Below are positions 28,101-42,100 of a stretch of DNA of 64,000 nt, one piece after another. Each line of letters begins with the position of its first letter. Position 1 is the first letter of the stretch. This stretch comes from Eledone cirrhosa (Eukaryota), in assembly GCA_964016885.1 (NCBI GenBank), contig OZ024744.1, positions 102,982,001 through 103,046,000 of the forward strand, in the 5' to 3' direction. The notes beneath the pieces are model-generated. The model was not told the DNA's origin. It worked only from the letters and a program-made list of their open reading frames with translations, and ran no database searches. A program made the translations under genes and the position numbers.

Positions 28101-31100
28101 CCAGTGTTTAAAGTGGCCCTGCTGCCATGAAACTAAAAAGTAACCAGCCTATTGCTTAAAGTGGTTCTGTTGCCATGAAACTAAAAAGTAGCCAGTCTAC
28201 TGTTTAAAGTGGTCCTGCTGCCATGAAACTAAAAAGTAACCATTCCACCGTTTAAAGTGGTCCTGCTGCCATGAAACTAAAAAGTAACCAGTTCACTGTT
28301 TAAAGTGGTCCTGCTGCCATGAAACTAAAAAGTAACCAGTTCACTATTTAAAGTGGTCCTGTTGCCATGAAACTAAAAAGTAGTCAGTCTACTGTTTAAA
28401 GTGGTCCTGCTGCCATGAAACTAAAAAGTAGTCAGTCCACTGTTTAAAGTGGTCCTGCTGCCATGAAACTAAAGAGTAACCAATCTACTGCTTAAAGTGG
28501 TCCTGTTGCCATGAAACTAAAAAGTAGTCAGTCTACTGTTTAAAGTGGTCCTGTTGCCATGAAACTAAAAAGTAGTCAGTCCACTGTTTAAAGTGGTCCT
28601 GCTGCCATGAAACTAAAGAGTAACCAATCTACTGCTTAAAGTGGTCCTGTTGCCATGAAACTAAAAAGTAGTCAGTCCACTGTTTAAAGTGGTCCTGCTG
28701 CCATGAAACTAAAAAGTAGTCAGTCTACTGTTTAAAGTGGTCCTGTTGCCATGAAACTAAAAAATAGTCAGTCTACTGTTTAAAGTGGTCCTGCTGCCAT
28801 GAAACTAAAAAGTAACCAGTCTACTGCTTAAAGTGGCTCTGTTGCCATGAAACTAAAAAGCAGTCAGTCTACTGTTTAAAGTGGTCCTGTTGCCATGAAA
28901 CTAAAAAGTAGTCAGTATACTGTTTAAAGTGGTCCTGCTGCCATAAAACTAAAAAGTAACCAGTCCAGTGTTTAAAGTGGCCCTGCTGCCATGAAACTAA
29001 AAAGTAACCAGCCTATTGCTTAAAGTGGTTCTGTTGCCATGAAACTAAAAAGTAGCCAGTCTACTGTTTAAAGTGGTCCTGCTGCCATGAAACTAAAAAG
29101 TAAGCATTCCACTGTTTAAAGTGGTCCTGCTGCCATGAAACTAAAAAGTAACCAGTCCACTGTTTAAAGTGGTCCTGCTGCCATGAAACTAGAAAGTAAC
29201 AAGCCTACTCTTTAAAGTGGTTCTGTTGCCATTAAACTCAAAATTAACCAGTCTACTGTTTAAAGTGGTCCCGCTGCCATGAAACTAAAAAGTAGTCAGT
29301 CTACTGTTTAAAGTGGTCCTGCTGCCATGAAAGTAAAAAGTAACCAGTCCACTGTTTAAAGTGGTCCTGCTGCCAAGAAACTAAAAAGTAACCAGTCTAC
29401 TGTTTAAAGTGGTCCTGCTGCCATGAAACTAAAAAATAGTCAGTCTTCTGTTTAAAGTGGTCCTGCTGCCATGAAACTAAAAAGTAGTCATTATACTGTT
29501 TAAAGTGGTCCTGCTGCCATGAAAGTAAAAAGTAACCAGTCCACTGTTTAAAGTGGTCCTGCTGCCATGAAACTAAAAAGTAACCAGTCTACTGCTTAAA
29601 GTGGTTCTGTTGCCATGAAACTAAAAAGCTGTCAGTCTACTGTTTAAAGTGGTCCTGTTGCCATGAAACTCAAAAGTAACCAGTCCACTGTTTAATATGG
29701 TCCTGTTGCCATGAAACTAAAAAGTAGCCAGTCTACTGTTTAAAGTGGTCCTGTTGCCATGAAACTAAAAAGTAACCATTCCACTGTTTAAAGTGGCCCT
29801 GCTGCCATGAAACTAAAAAAGTAACCAGTCCACTGTTTAAAGTGGTCCTGCTGCCATGAAACTAAAAAGTAACCAGTCCACTATTTAAAGTGGTCCTGTT
29901 GCCATGAAACTAAAAAGTAGTCAGTCCACTGTTTAAAGTGGTACTGCTGCCATGAAACTAAAAATAACCAGTCTACTGCTTAAAGTGGTCCTGCTGCCAT
30001 GAAATTAAAAAGTAGTCAGTCTACTGTTTAAAGTGGTCCTGCTGCCATGAAACTAAAAAGTAACCAGTCCACTGTTTAAAGTGGTCCTGCTGCCATGAAA
30101 CTAAAAAGTAACCAGTCTACTGCTTAAAGTGGTCCTGTTGCCATTAAACTAAAAATAACCACTCAACTGTATAAAGTTGTCCTGCTGCCATGAAACTAAA
30201 AAGTAACCAGTCTACTGTTTAAAGTGGTCCTGTTGCCATGAAACTAAAGAGTAACCAGTCCACTGTTTAAAGTGCTCCTGCTGCCATGAAACTAAAAATA
30301 GTCAGTCTACTTTTTAAAGTGGTCCTGCTGCCATGAAACTAAAAAGCTGTCAGTCTACTGTTTAAAGTGGTCCTGTTGCCATGAAACTAAAAAGTAGTCT
30401 GTCCGATATTTAAAGTGGTCCTGCTGCCATGAAACTAAAAAGTAGTCAGTCTACTGTTTAAAGTTATCCTGTTGCCATGAAACCAAAAAGTAGTCAGTCC
30501 ACTGTTTAAAGTGGTCCTGCTGCCATGAAACTAAAAAGTAGTCAGTCTACTGTTTAAAGTGGTCCTGCTGCCATGAAACTAAAAAGTAACCAGTCTACTG
30601 TTGAAAGTGGTCCTGCTGCCATGAAACTAAAAAGTAGTCAGTCTACTGTTTAAAGTGGTCCTGCTGCCATGGAACTAAAAAGTAATCAGTCTACTGTTTA
30701 AAGTGGGCCTGCTGCTATGAAACTAAAAAGTAGTCAGTCCACTGTTTAAAGTGGTTCTGCTGCCATGAAACTAAAAAGTAACCAGTCCACTGTTTAAAGT
30801 GGTACTGTTGCAATGAAACTAAAAAGTAACGAGGTCCACTGTTTAAAGTGGTACTGTTGCAATGGAAATAAAAAGTAGTCAGTCTACTGTTTAAAGTGGT
30901 CCTGCTGCCATGAAACTAAAAAGTGGTCAGTCTACTGTTCAAAGTGGTCCTGCTGCCATGAAACTAAAAAGTAGTCAGTCTACTGTTTAACTGGTCTTGT
31001 TGCCATGAAACTAAAAAGTAACCAGTTCCACTGTTTAAAGTGGTCCTGTTGCCATGAAACTAAAAAGTAAACAGTCTACTGTTTAAAGTGGTCCTGTTCC

Positions 31101-34100
31101 CATGAAACTAAAAAGTAAACAGTCTACTGTTTAAAGTGGTCCTGTTGCCGTGAAACTAAAAAGTAACCATTCCACTGTTTAAAGTGGTCCTGCTGCCATG
31201 AAACTAGAAAGTAACCAGCCTACTCTTTAAAGTGGTCCTGTTGCCATTAAACTAAAAAGTAACCAGTCTACTGTTTAAAGTGGTCCTGCTGCCATGAAAC
31301 TAAAAAGTAGTCAGTCTACTGTTTAAAGTGGTCCTGCTGCCATGAAACTAAAAAGTAACCAGTCTACTGTTTAAAGTGGTCCTGCTGCCATGAAACTAAA
31401 AAGTAGTCAGTCTACTGTTGAAAGTGGCCCTGCTTCCATGAAACTAAAAAGTAGTCAGTATACTGTTTAAAGTGGTTCTGTTGCCATGAAACTAAAAAGC
31501 AGTCAGACCACTGTTTAAAGTGGTCCTGCTGCCATGAAACTAAAAAGTAACCAGTCTACTGCTTAAAGTGGTCCTCTTGCAATGAAACTAAAAAGTAGTC
31601 AGTCTACTGTTTAAAATGGTCCTGCTGCCATGAAACTAAAAAGTAGTCAGTCTACTGTTTAAAGTGGTCCTGTTGCCATGAAACTAAAAAATAGTCAGTC
31701 TTCTGTTTAAAGTGGTCCTGCTGCCATGAAACTAAAAAGTAGTCCGTATACTGTTTAAAGTGGTCCTGCTGCCATGAAACTAAAAAGTAACCAGTCCACT
31801 GTTTAAAGTGGTCCTGCTGCCATGAAACTAAAAAGTAACCAGTCTACTGCTTAAAGTGGTTCTGTTGCCATGAAACTAAAAAGCAGTCCGTCTACTGTTT
31901 AAAGTGGTCCTGTTGCCATGAAACTCAAAAGTAACCAGTCCACTGTTTAAAGTGGTTCTGCTGCCATGAAACTAAAAAGTAGTCAGTCCACTGTTTAAAG
32001 TGGTCCTGCTGACATGAAACTAAAAAGTAGTCAGTCTTCTGTTTAAAGTGTTCCTGTTGCCACGAAACTAAAAAGTAACCATTCTACTGTTTAAAGTGGT
32101 CCGGTTGCCATGAAACTAAAAAGTAAACAGTCTACTGTTTAAAGTGGTCCTGTTGCCATGAAACTAAAAAGTAACCATACCACTGTTTAAAGTGGTCCTG
32201 CTGCCATGAAACTAAAAAGTAGTCAGTCTACTGTTTAAAGTGATCCTGCTGCCATGAAACTAAAAAGTAGTCAGTCTACTGTTTAAAGTGCTCCTTCTGC
32301 CATGAAACTCAAAGTAACCATCTACTGTTTAAAGTGGTCCTGTTACCATTAAACTAAAAAGTAACCAGTCTACTGTTTAACGTGGTCCTGTTTCCATGAA
32401 ACTAAAGAGTAACCAGTCCACTGTTTAAAGTGCTCCTGTTGCCATGAAACTAAAAAATAGTCAGTCTACTGTATAAAGTGGTACTGCTGCCATGAAACTA
32501 AATAGTAACCAGTCTACTGTTTAAAGTGGTCCTGCTGCCATGGAACTAAAAAGTAACCAGTCGACTGTTTAAAGTGGTCCTGTTGCCATGAAACTAAAAA
32601 GTAGTCAGTCCACTGTTTAAAGTGGTCCTGCTGCCATGGAACTAAAAATTAATCAGTCTACTGTTTAAAGTGGTCCTGCTGCCATGAAACTAAAAAATAG
32701 TCAGTCCACTGTTTAAACTGGTCCTGTTGCCATGAAGCTAAAAAGTAACTAGTCTACTGTTTAAAGTGCTCCTGCTGCCATGAAACTAAAAAGTAGTCAG
32801 TCTACTGTTTAAAGTGGTCCTGCTGCCATGAAACTAAAAAATAGTCAGTCCACTATTTAAAGTGGTCATGTTGCCATGAATCTAAAAAGTAACCAGCTCA
32901 CTGTTTAAAGTGGTCCTGTTGCTATGAAACTAAAAAGTAGTCAGTCTACTGTTTAAAGTGTTCCTGTTGCCATGAAACTAAAAAGTAGTCAGTCTACTGT
33001 TTAAAGTGGTCCTGTTGCCATGAAACTAAAAAGTAGTCAGTCTACTGTTTAAAGTGGTCCTGCTGCCATGAAACTAAAAAGTAGTCAGTCCACTGTTTAA
33101 AGTGGTCCTGCTGCCATGAAACTAAAAAGTAGTCAGTCTACTATTTAAAGTGATCCTGTTGCCATGAAACCAAAAAGTAACCAGTCCACTGTTTAAAGTG
33201 GTCCTGCTGCCATAAAACTATAAAGTAGTCAGTCTACTGTTTAAAGTGGTCCTGTTGCCATTAAACTAAAAAGTAACCAGTCAACTGTATAAAGTTGTCC
33301 TGCTGCCATGAAACTAAAAAGTAGTCAGTCCATGTTTAAAGTGGTCCTGCTGCCCTGAAACTAAAAAGTAGTCTGTCCACCGTTTAAAGTGGTCGTGCTG
33401 CCATGAAACTAAAAATAGTCAGTCCACTGTTTAAAGCGGTTCTGCTGCTAAGAAATTAAAAAGTAGTCAGTCTACTATTTAAAGTGGTCCTGCTGACATG
33501 AAACTAAAAAGTAGTCAGTCCATATTTAAATTGGTCCTGCTGCCATCAAACTAAAAAGTAGTCAGTCCACTGTTTAAAGTGGTCCTGCTGCCATGAAACT
33601 AAAAAGTAACCAGTCCACTGTTTAAAGTGGTCCTGCTGCCATGAAAATAAAAAGTAGTCAGTCCACTGTTTAAAGTGGTCCTGCTGCCATGAAACTAAAA
33701 AGTAACCAGTCTACTGCTTAAAGTGGTCCTGTTGCCATTAAACTAAAAAGTAACCAGTCAACTGTATAAAGTTGTCCTGCTGCCATGAAACTAAAAAGTA
33801 ACCAGTCTACTGTTTAAAGTGGTCCTGTTGCCATGAACCTAAAAAGTAGTCAGTCCGATAATTAAAGTTGTCCTGCTGCCAGGAAATTAAAAAGTAGTCA
33901 GTCTACTGTTTAAAGTTATCCTGTTGCCATGAAACCAAAAAGTAGTCAGTCCACTATTTAAAGTGGTCCTGCTGCCATGAAACTAAAAAGTAGTCAGTCT
34001 ACTGTTTAAAGTGGTCCTGCTGCCATGAAACTAAAAAGTAACCAGTCTACTGTTTAAAGTGGTCCTGCTGCCATGAAACTAAAAAGTAGTCAGTCTACTG

Positions 34101-37100
34101 TTTAAAGTGGTCCTGCTGCCATGAAATTAAAAAGTAGTCAGTCTACTGTTTAAAGTGGTCCTGCTGCCATGAAACTAAAAAGTAACCAGTCTACTGTTTA
34201 AAGTGGTCCTGCTGCCATGGAACTAAAAAGTAATCAGTCTACTGTTTAAAGTGGGCCTGCTGCTATGAAACTAAAAAGTAGTCAGTCCACTGTTTAAAGT
34301 GGTTCTGCTGCCATGAAACTAAAAAGTAACCAGTCCACTGTTTAAAGTGGTACTGTTGCAATGAAACTAAAAAGTAACCAGTCCACTGTTTAAAGTGGTA
34401 CTGTTGCAATGAAACTAAAAAGTAACCAGTCCACTGTTTAAAGTGGTACTGTTGCAATGAAACTAAAAATTAGTCAGTCCACTGTTTAAAGTGGTCCTGC
34501 TGCCATGAAACTAAAAAGTAACCAGTCTACTGCTTAAAGTGGTCCTGTTGCCATGAAACTAAAAAGTAGTCAGTCTACTGTTTAAAGAGGTCCTGCTGCA
34601 ATGAAACTAAAAAGTAGTCAGTCTACTGTTTAAAGTGGTCCTGTTGCCATGAAACTAAAAAATAGTCAGTCTACTGTTTAAAGTGTTCCTGCTGCCATGA
34701 AACTAAAAAGTAACCAGTCCAGTATTTAAAGTGGTCCTGTTGCCATGAAACTAAAAAGTGGTCAGTCTACTGTTCAAAGTGGTACTGCTGCCATGAAACT
34801 AAAAAGTAGTCAGTCTACTGTTTAACTGGTCTTGTTGCCATGAAACTAAAAAGTAACCAGTCTACTGGTCAAAGTGGTCCTGCTGCCATGAAACTAAAAA
34901 GTAGTCAGTCAACTGTTTAAAGTCGTCCTGCTGCCATGAAACTAAAAAGGAGTCAGTCTACTGTTTAAACTGGTCCTGCTGCCATGAAACTAAAAAGTAA
35001 CCAGTTCCACTGTTTAAAGTGGTCCTGTTGCCATGAAACTAAAAAGTAAACAGTCTACTGTTTAAAGTGGTCCTGTTGCCATGAAACTAAAAAGTAAACA
35101 GTCTACTGTTTAAAGTGGTCCTTTTGCCGTGAAACTAAAAAGTAACCATTCCACTGTTTAAAGTGGTCCTGCTGCCATGAAACTAGAAAGTAACCAGCCT
35201 ACTCTTTAAAGTGGTCCTGTTGCCATTAAACTAAAAAGTAACCAGTCTACTGTTTAAAGTGGTCCTGCTGCCATGAAACTAAAAAGTAGTCAGTCTACTG
35301 TTTAAAGTGGCCCTGCTTCCATGAAACTAAAAAGTAGTCAGTATACTGTTTAAAGTGGTCCTGCTGCCATGAAACTAAAAAGTAACCAGACCACTGTTTA
35401 AAGTGGTCATGCTCCCATGAAACTAAAAAGTAACCAGTCTACTGCTTAAAGTGGTTCTGTTGCCATGAAAGTAAAAAGTAACCAGTCCACTGTTTAAAGT
35501 AGTCCTGCTGCCATGAAACTAAAAAGTAACCAGTCCACTGTTTAAAGTGGTCCTGTTGCCATGAAACTAAAAAGTAGTCAGTCTACTGTTTAAAGTGGTC
35601 CTGCTGCCATGAAACTCAAAAGTAACCAGTCTACTGCTTAAAGTGGTCCTCTTGCAATGAAACTAAAAAGTACTCAGTCTACTGTTTAAAGTGGTCCTGC
35701 TGCCATGAAACTAAAAAGTAGTCAGTCTACTGTTTAAAGTGGTCCTGCTGCCATGAAAGTAAAAAGTAACCAGTCCACTGTTTAAAGTGGTCCTGCTGCC
35801 ATGAAAGTAAAAAGTAACCAGTCCACTGTTTAAAGTAGTCCTGCTGCCATGAAACTAAAAAGTAACCAGTCCACTGTTTAAAGTGGTCCTGTTGCCATGA
35901 AACTAAAAAGTAGTCAGTCTACTGTTTAAAGTGGTCCTGCTGCCATGAAACTAAAAAGTAGTCAGTCTACTGTTTAAAGTGGTCCTGTTGCCATGAAACT
36001 AAAAAATAGTCAGTCTTCTGTTTAAAGTGGTCCTGCTGCCATGAAACTAAAAAGTAGTCAGTATACTGTTTAAAGTGGTCCTGCTGCCATGAAACTAAAA
36101 AGTAACCAGTCCACTGTTTAAAGTGGTCCTGCTGCCATGAAACTAAAAAGTAACCAGGCTACTGCTTAAAGTGGTTCTGTTGCCATGAAACTAAAAAGCA
36201 GTCCGTCTACTGTTTAAAGTGGTCCTGTTGCCATGAAACTCAAAAGTAACCAGTCCACTGTTTAAAATGGTCCTGTTGCCATGAAACTAAAAAGTAGCCA
36301 GTCTACTGTTTAAAGTGGTCCTGCTGCCATGAAACTAAAAAGTAACCATTCCACTGTTTAAAGTGGTCCTGCTGCCATGAAACTAAAAAGTAACCAGTCC
36401 ACTGTTTAAAGTGGTCCTGCTGCCATGAAACTAAAAAGTAACCAGTTCACTATTTAAAGTGGTCCTGTTGCCATGAAACTAAAAAGTACTCAGTCCACTG
36501 TTTAAAGTGGTCCTGCTGCCATGAAACTACAAAGTAACCAGTCTACTGCTTAAAGTGGTCCTGCTGCCATGAAACTAAAAAATAGTCAGTCTACTGTTTA
36601 AAGTGGTCCTGCTGCCATGAAACTAAAAAGTAGTCATTCTACTGGTTAAAGTGGTTATGCTGCCATGAAACTAAAAAGTAGTCAGTCTACTGGTTAAAGT
36701 GGTTATACTGCCATGAAACTAAAAAGTAGTCAGTCTACTGTTTAAAGTGGTCCTGCTGCCATGAAACTAAAAAGTATCCAGTCTACTGCTTAAAGTGGTT
36801 CTGTTGCCATGAAGCTAAAAAGCAGTCAGTCTAATGTTTAAAGTGGTCCTGTTGCCATGAAACTAAAAAGTAACCAGTCCACTGTTTAAAGTGGTCCTGC
36901 TGCCATGAAACTAAAAAGTAACCAGTCCACTGTTTAAAGTGGTCCTGTTGCCATGAAACTAAAAAGTAGTCAGTCCACTGTTTAAAGTGGTCCTGCTGCC
37001 ATGAAACTACAAAGTAACCAGTCCACTGTTTAATGTAGTCCTGCTGCCATGCAACTAAAAAATAGTCAGTCTACTGTTTAAAGTGGTCCTGCTGCCATGA

Positions 37101-39117
37101 AACTAAAAAGTAGTCAGTCTACTGCTTAAAGTGGTCCCGTTGCCATGAAACTAAAAAGTAGTCAGTCTACTGTTTCAAGTGGTCCTGCTGCCATGAAACT
37201 AAAAAGTAGTCAGTCTACTGTTTAACGTGGTCCTGTTGCCATGAAACTAAAAAATAGTCAGTCTACTGTTTAAAGTGGTCCTGCTGCCATGAAACTAAAA
37301 AGTAGTCAGTATACTGTTTAAAGTGGTCCTGCTGCCATGAAACTAAAAAGTAACCAGTCCACTGTTTAAAGTGGTCCTGCTGCCATGAAACTAAAAAGTA
37401 ACCAGTCTACTGCTTAAAGTGGTTCTGTTGCCATGAAACTAAAAAGCAGTCAGTCTACTGTTTAAAGTGGTCCTGTTGCCATGAAACTCAAAAGTAACCA
37501 GTCCACTGTTTAAAATGGTCCTGTTGCCATGAAACTAAAACGTAGCCAGTCTACTGTTTAAAGTATTCCTGATATCATGAAACTAAAAAGTAACCAGTCC
37601 ACTGTTTAAAGTGGTCCTGCTGCCATAAAACTAAAAAGTAACCAGTCCACTGTTTAAAGTGGTCCTGCTGCCATGAAACTAAAAAGTAACCAGTCCACTA
37701 TTTAAAGTGGTCCTGTTGCCATGAAACTAAAAAGTAGTCAGTCCACTGTTTAAAGTGGTCCTGCTGAAATGAAACTAAAAAGTAACCAATCCATTGTTTA
37801 AAGTGGTCCTGCTGCTAGAAACTAAAAAGTAACCAGTCTATTGCTTAAAGTGGTTCTGTTGCCATGAAACTAAAAAGTAGTCAGTCTACTGTTTAAAGTG
37901 GTCCTCTTGCCATGAAACTAAAAAGTAGTCAGTCTACTGTTTAAAGTGGTCCAGCTGCCATGAAACTAAAAAATAGTCAGTCTACTGTTTAAAGTGGTCC
38001 TGCTGCTATGAAACTAAAAAGTAACCAGTCTACTGTTTAAAGTCGTCCTGCTGCCATGAAACTAAAAAGTAGTCAGTCAACTGTTTAAAATGGTCCTGCT
38101 GCCATGAAATTAAAAAGTAACCAGTCCACTGTTTAAAGTGGTTCTGCTGCCATGAAACTAAAATTAGTCAGTCTACTGTTTAAAGTGGTCCTGCTGCTAT
38201 GAAACTAAAAAGTAGTCAGTCTACTGTTTAAAGTGGTCCTGCTGCCATGAAACTAAAAAGTAACCAGTTCCACTGTTGAAAGTGGTCCTGTTGCCATGAA
38301 ACTAAAAATAAACAGTCTACTGTTTAAAGTGGTCCTGTTGCCATGAAACAAAAAAGTAAACAGTCTACTGTTTAAAGTGGTCCTGTTGCCGTGAAACTAA
38401 AAAGTAACCATTCCACTGTTTAAAGTGGTCCTGCTTCCATGAAACTAGAAAGTAACCAGCCTACTCTTTAAAGTGGTCCTGTTGCCATTAAACTAAAAAT
38501 AAACAGTCTACTGTTTAAAGTGGTCCTGTTGCCATGAAACAAAAAAGTAAACAGTCTACTGTTTAAAGTGGTCCTGTTGCCGTGAAACTAAAAAGTAACC
38601 ATTCCACTGTTTAAAGTGGTCCTGCTGCCATGAAACAAAAAAGTAGTCAGTCTACTGTTTTAAGTGGTCTTGTTGCCATGAAACTAAAAGATAGTCAGTC
38701 TTCTGTTTAAAGTGGTCCTGCTGCCATGAAACTAAAAAGTAGTCAGTATACTGTTTAAAGTGGTCCTGCTGCCATGAAACTAAAAAGTAACCAGTCCACT
38801 GTTTAAAGTGGTCCTGCTGCCATGAAACTAAAAAGTAACCAGTCTACTGCTTAAAGTAGTTCTGTTGCCATGAAACTAAAAAGCAGTCAGTCTACTGTTT
38901 AAAGTGGTCCTGTTGCCATGAAACTAAAAAGTAGTCAGTCTACTGTTTAAAGTGGTCCTGCTGCCATAAAACTAAAAAGTAACCAGTCCAGTGTTTAAAG
39001 TGGCCCTGCTGCCATGAAACTAAAAAGTAACCAGCCTATTGCTTAAAGTGGTTCTGTTGCCATGAAACTAAAAAGTAGCCAGTCTACTGTTTAAAGTGGT
39101 CCTGCTGCCATGAAACT

Positions 39118-39140
39118 AAACAGTGGAATGGTTACTTTTT
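39118..39140 (-). other. 23-bp micro-inversion within one monomer (copy 1)
   Basis: AAACAGTGGAATGGTTACTTTTT is the exact reverse complement of the monomer segment AAAAAGTAACCATTCCACTGTTT. The 48-bp register is preserved. Confidence 0.95.
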
Positions 39141-42100
39141 AAAGTGGTCCTGCTGCCATGAAACTAAAAAGTAACCAGTTCACTGTTTAAAGTGGTCCTG
39201 CTGCCATGAAACTAAAAGGTAACCAGTTCACTATTTAAAGTGGTCCTGTTGCCATGAAACTAAAAAGTAGTCAGTCTACTGTTTAAAGTGGTCCTGCTGC
39301 CATGAAACTAAAAAGTAGTCAGTCCACTGTTTAAAGTGGTCCTGCTGCCATGAAACTAAAAAGTAGTCAGTCTACTGTTTAAAGTGGTCCTTCTGCCATG
39401 AAAGTAAAAAGTAACCAGTCCACTGTTTAAAGTGGTCCTGCTGCCATGAAAGTAAAAAGTAACCAGTCCACTGTTTAAAGTAGTCCTGCTGCCATGAAAC
39501 TAAAAAGTAACCAGTCCACTGTTTAAAGTGGTCCTGTTGCCATGAAACTAAAAAGTAGTCAGTCTACTGTTTAAAGTGGTCCTGCTGCCATGAAACTAAA
39601 AAGTAGTCAGTCTACTGTTTAAAGTGGTCCTGTTGCCATGAAACTAAAAAATAGTCAGTCTTCTGTTTAAAGTGGTCCTGCTGCCATGAAACTAAAAAGT
39701 AGTCAGTATACTGTTTAAAGTGGTCCTGCTGCCATGAAACTAAAAAGTAACCAGTCCACTGTTTAAAGTGGTCCTGCTGCCATGAAACTAAAAAGTAACC
39801 AGGCTACTGCTTAAAGTGGTTCTGTTGCCATGAAACTAAAAAGCAGTCCGTCTACTGTTTAAAGTGGTCCTGTTGCCATGAAACTCAAAAGTAACCAGTC
39901 CACTGTTTAAAATGGTCCTGTTGCCATGAAACTAAAAAGTAGCCAGTCTACTGTTTAAAGTGGTCCTGCTGCCATGAAACTAAAAAGTAACCATTCCACT
40001 GTTTAAAGTGGTCCTGCTGCCATGAAACTAAAAAGTAACCAGTCCACTGTTTAAAGTGGTCCTGCTGCCATGAAACTAAAAAGTAACCAGTTCACTATTT
40101 AAAGTGGTCCTGTTGCCATGAAACTAAAAAGTACTCAGTCCACTGTTTAAAGTGGTCCTGCTGCCATGAAACTACAAAGTAACCAGTCTACTGCTTAAAG
40201 TGGTCCTGCTGCCATGAAACTAAAAAATAGTCAGTCTACTGTTTAAAGTGGTCCTGCTGCCATGAAACTAAAAAGTAGTCATTCTACTGGTTAAAGTGGT
40301 TATGCTGCCATGAAACTAAAAAGTAGTCAGTCTACTGGTTAAAGTGGTTATACTGCCATGAAACTAAAAAGTAGTCAGTCTACTGTTTAAAGTGGTCCTG
40401 CTGCCATGAAACTAAAAAGTATCCAGTCTACTGCTTAAAGTGGTTCTGTTGCCATGAAGCTAAAAAGCAGTCAGTCTAATGTTTAAAGTGGTCCTGTTGC
40501 CATGAAACTAAAAAGTAACCAGTCCACTGTTTAAAGTGGTCCTGCTGCCATGAAACTAAAAAGTAACCAGTCCACTGTTTAAAGTGGTCCTGTTGCCATG
40601 AAACTAAAAAGTAGTCAGTCCACTGTTTAAAGTGGTCCTGCTGCCATGAAACTACAAAGTAACCAGTCCACTGTTTAATGTAGTCCTGCTGCCATGCAAC
40701 TAAAAAATAGTCAGTCTACTGTTTAAAGTGGTCCTGCTGCCATGAAACTAAAAAGTAGTCAGTCTACTGCTTAAAGTGGTCCCGTTGCCATGAAACTAAA
40801 AAGTAGTCAGTCTACTGTTTCAAGTGGTCCTGCTGCCATGAAACTAAAAAGTAGTCAGTCTACTGTTTAACGTGGTCCTGTTGCCATGAAACTAAAAAAT
40901 AGTCAGTCTACTGTTTAAAGTGGTCCTGCTGCCATGAAACTAAAAAGTAGTCAGTATACTGTTTAAAGTGGTCCTGCTGCCATGAAACTAAAAAGTAACC
41001 AGTCCACTGTTTAAAGTGGTCCTGCTGCCATGAAACTAAAAAGTAACCAGTCTACTGCTTAAAGTGGTTCTGTTGCCATGAAACTAAAAAGCAGTCAGTC
41101 TACTGTTTAAAGTGGTCCTGTTGCCATGAAACTCAAAAGTAACCAGTCCACTGTTTAAAATGGTCCTGTTGCCATGAAACTAAAACGTAGCCAGTCTACT
41201 GTTTAAAGTATTCCTGATACCATGAAACTAAAAAGTAACCAGTCCACTGTTTAAAGTGGTCCTGCTGCCATAAAACTAAAAAGTAACCAGTCCACTGTTT
41301 AAAGTGGTCCTGCTGCCATGAAACTAAAAAGTAACCAGTCCACTATTTAAAGTGGTCCTGTTGCCATGAAACTAAAAAGTAGTCAGTCCACTGTTTAAAG
41401 TGGTCCTGCTGAAATGAAACTAAAAAGTAACCAATCCATTGTTTAAAGTGGTCCTGCTGCTAGAAACTAAAAAGTAACCAGTCTATTGCTTAAAGTGGTT
41501 CTGTTGCCATGAAACTAAAAAGTAGTCAGTCTACTGTTTAAAGTGGTCCTCTTGCCATGAAACTAAAAAGTAGTCAGTCTACTGTTTAAAGTGGTCCAGC
41601 TGCCATGAAACTAAAAAATAGTCAGTCTACTGTTTAAAGTGGTCCTGCTGCTATGAAACTAAAAAGTAACCAGTCTACTGTTTAAAGTCGTCCTGCTGCC
41701 ATGAAACTAAAAAGTAGTCAGTCAACTGTTTAAAATGGTCCTGCTGCCATGAAATTAAAAAGTAACCAGTCCACTGTTTAAAGTGGTTCTGCTGCCATGA
41801 AACTAAAATTAGTCAGTCTACTGTTTAAAGTGGTCCTGCTGCTATGAAACTAAAAAGTAGTCAGTCTACTGTTTAAAGTGGTCCTGCTGCCATGAAACTA
41901 AAAAGTAACCAGTTCCACTGTTTAAAGTGGTCCTGTTGCCATGAAACTAAAAATAAACAGTCTACTGTTTAAAGTGGTCCTGTTGCCATGAAACAAAAAA
42001 GTAAACAGTCTACTGTTTAAAGTGGTCCTGTTGCCGTGAAACTAAAAAGTAACCATTCCACTGTTTAAAGTGGTCCTGCTTCCATGAAACTAGAAAGTAA

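Noticed and set aside
14255-34457. Five 64-aa minus-strand ORFs (QQYHFKQWTGYFLVS repeats) at 14255, 17087, 18912, 20736 and 34263
   Set aside because: The 48-bp monomer equals 16 codons. This minus frame is open only when consecutive monomers carry TCCAC (TGG) rather than TCTAC (TAG). Runs of four arise by chance and were copied by HOR duplication. The starts are non-ATG and there is no gene context.
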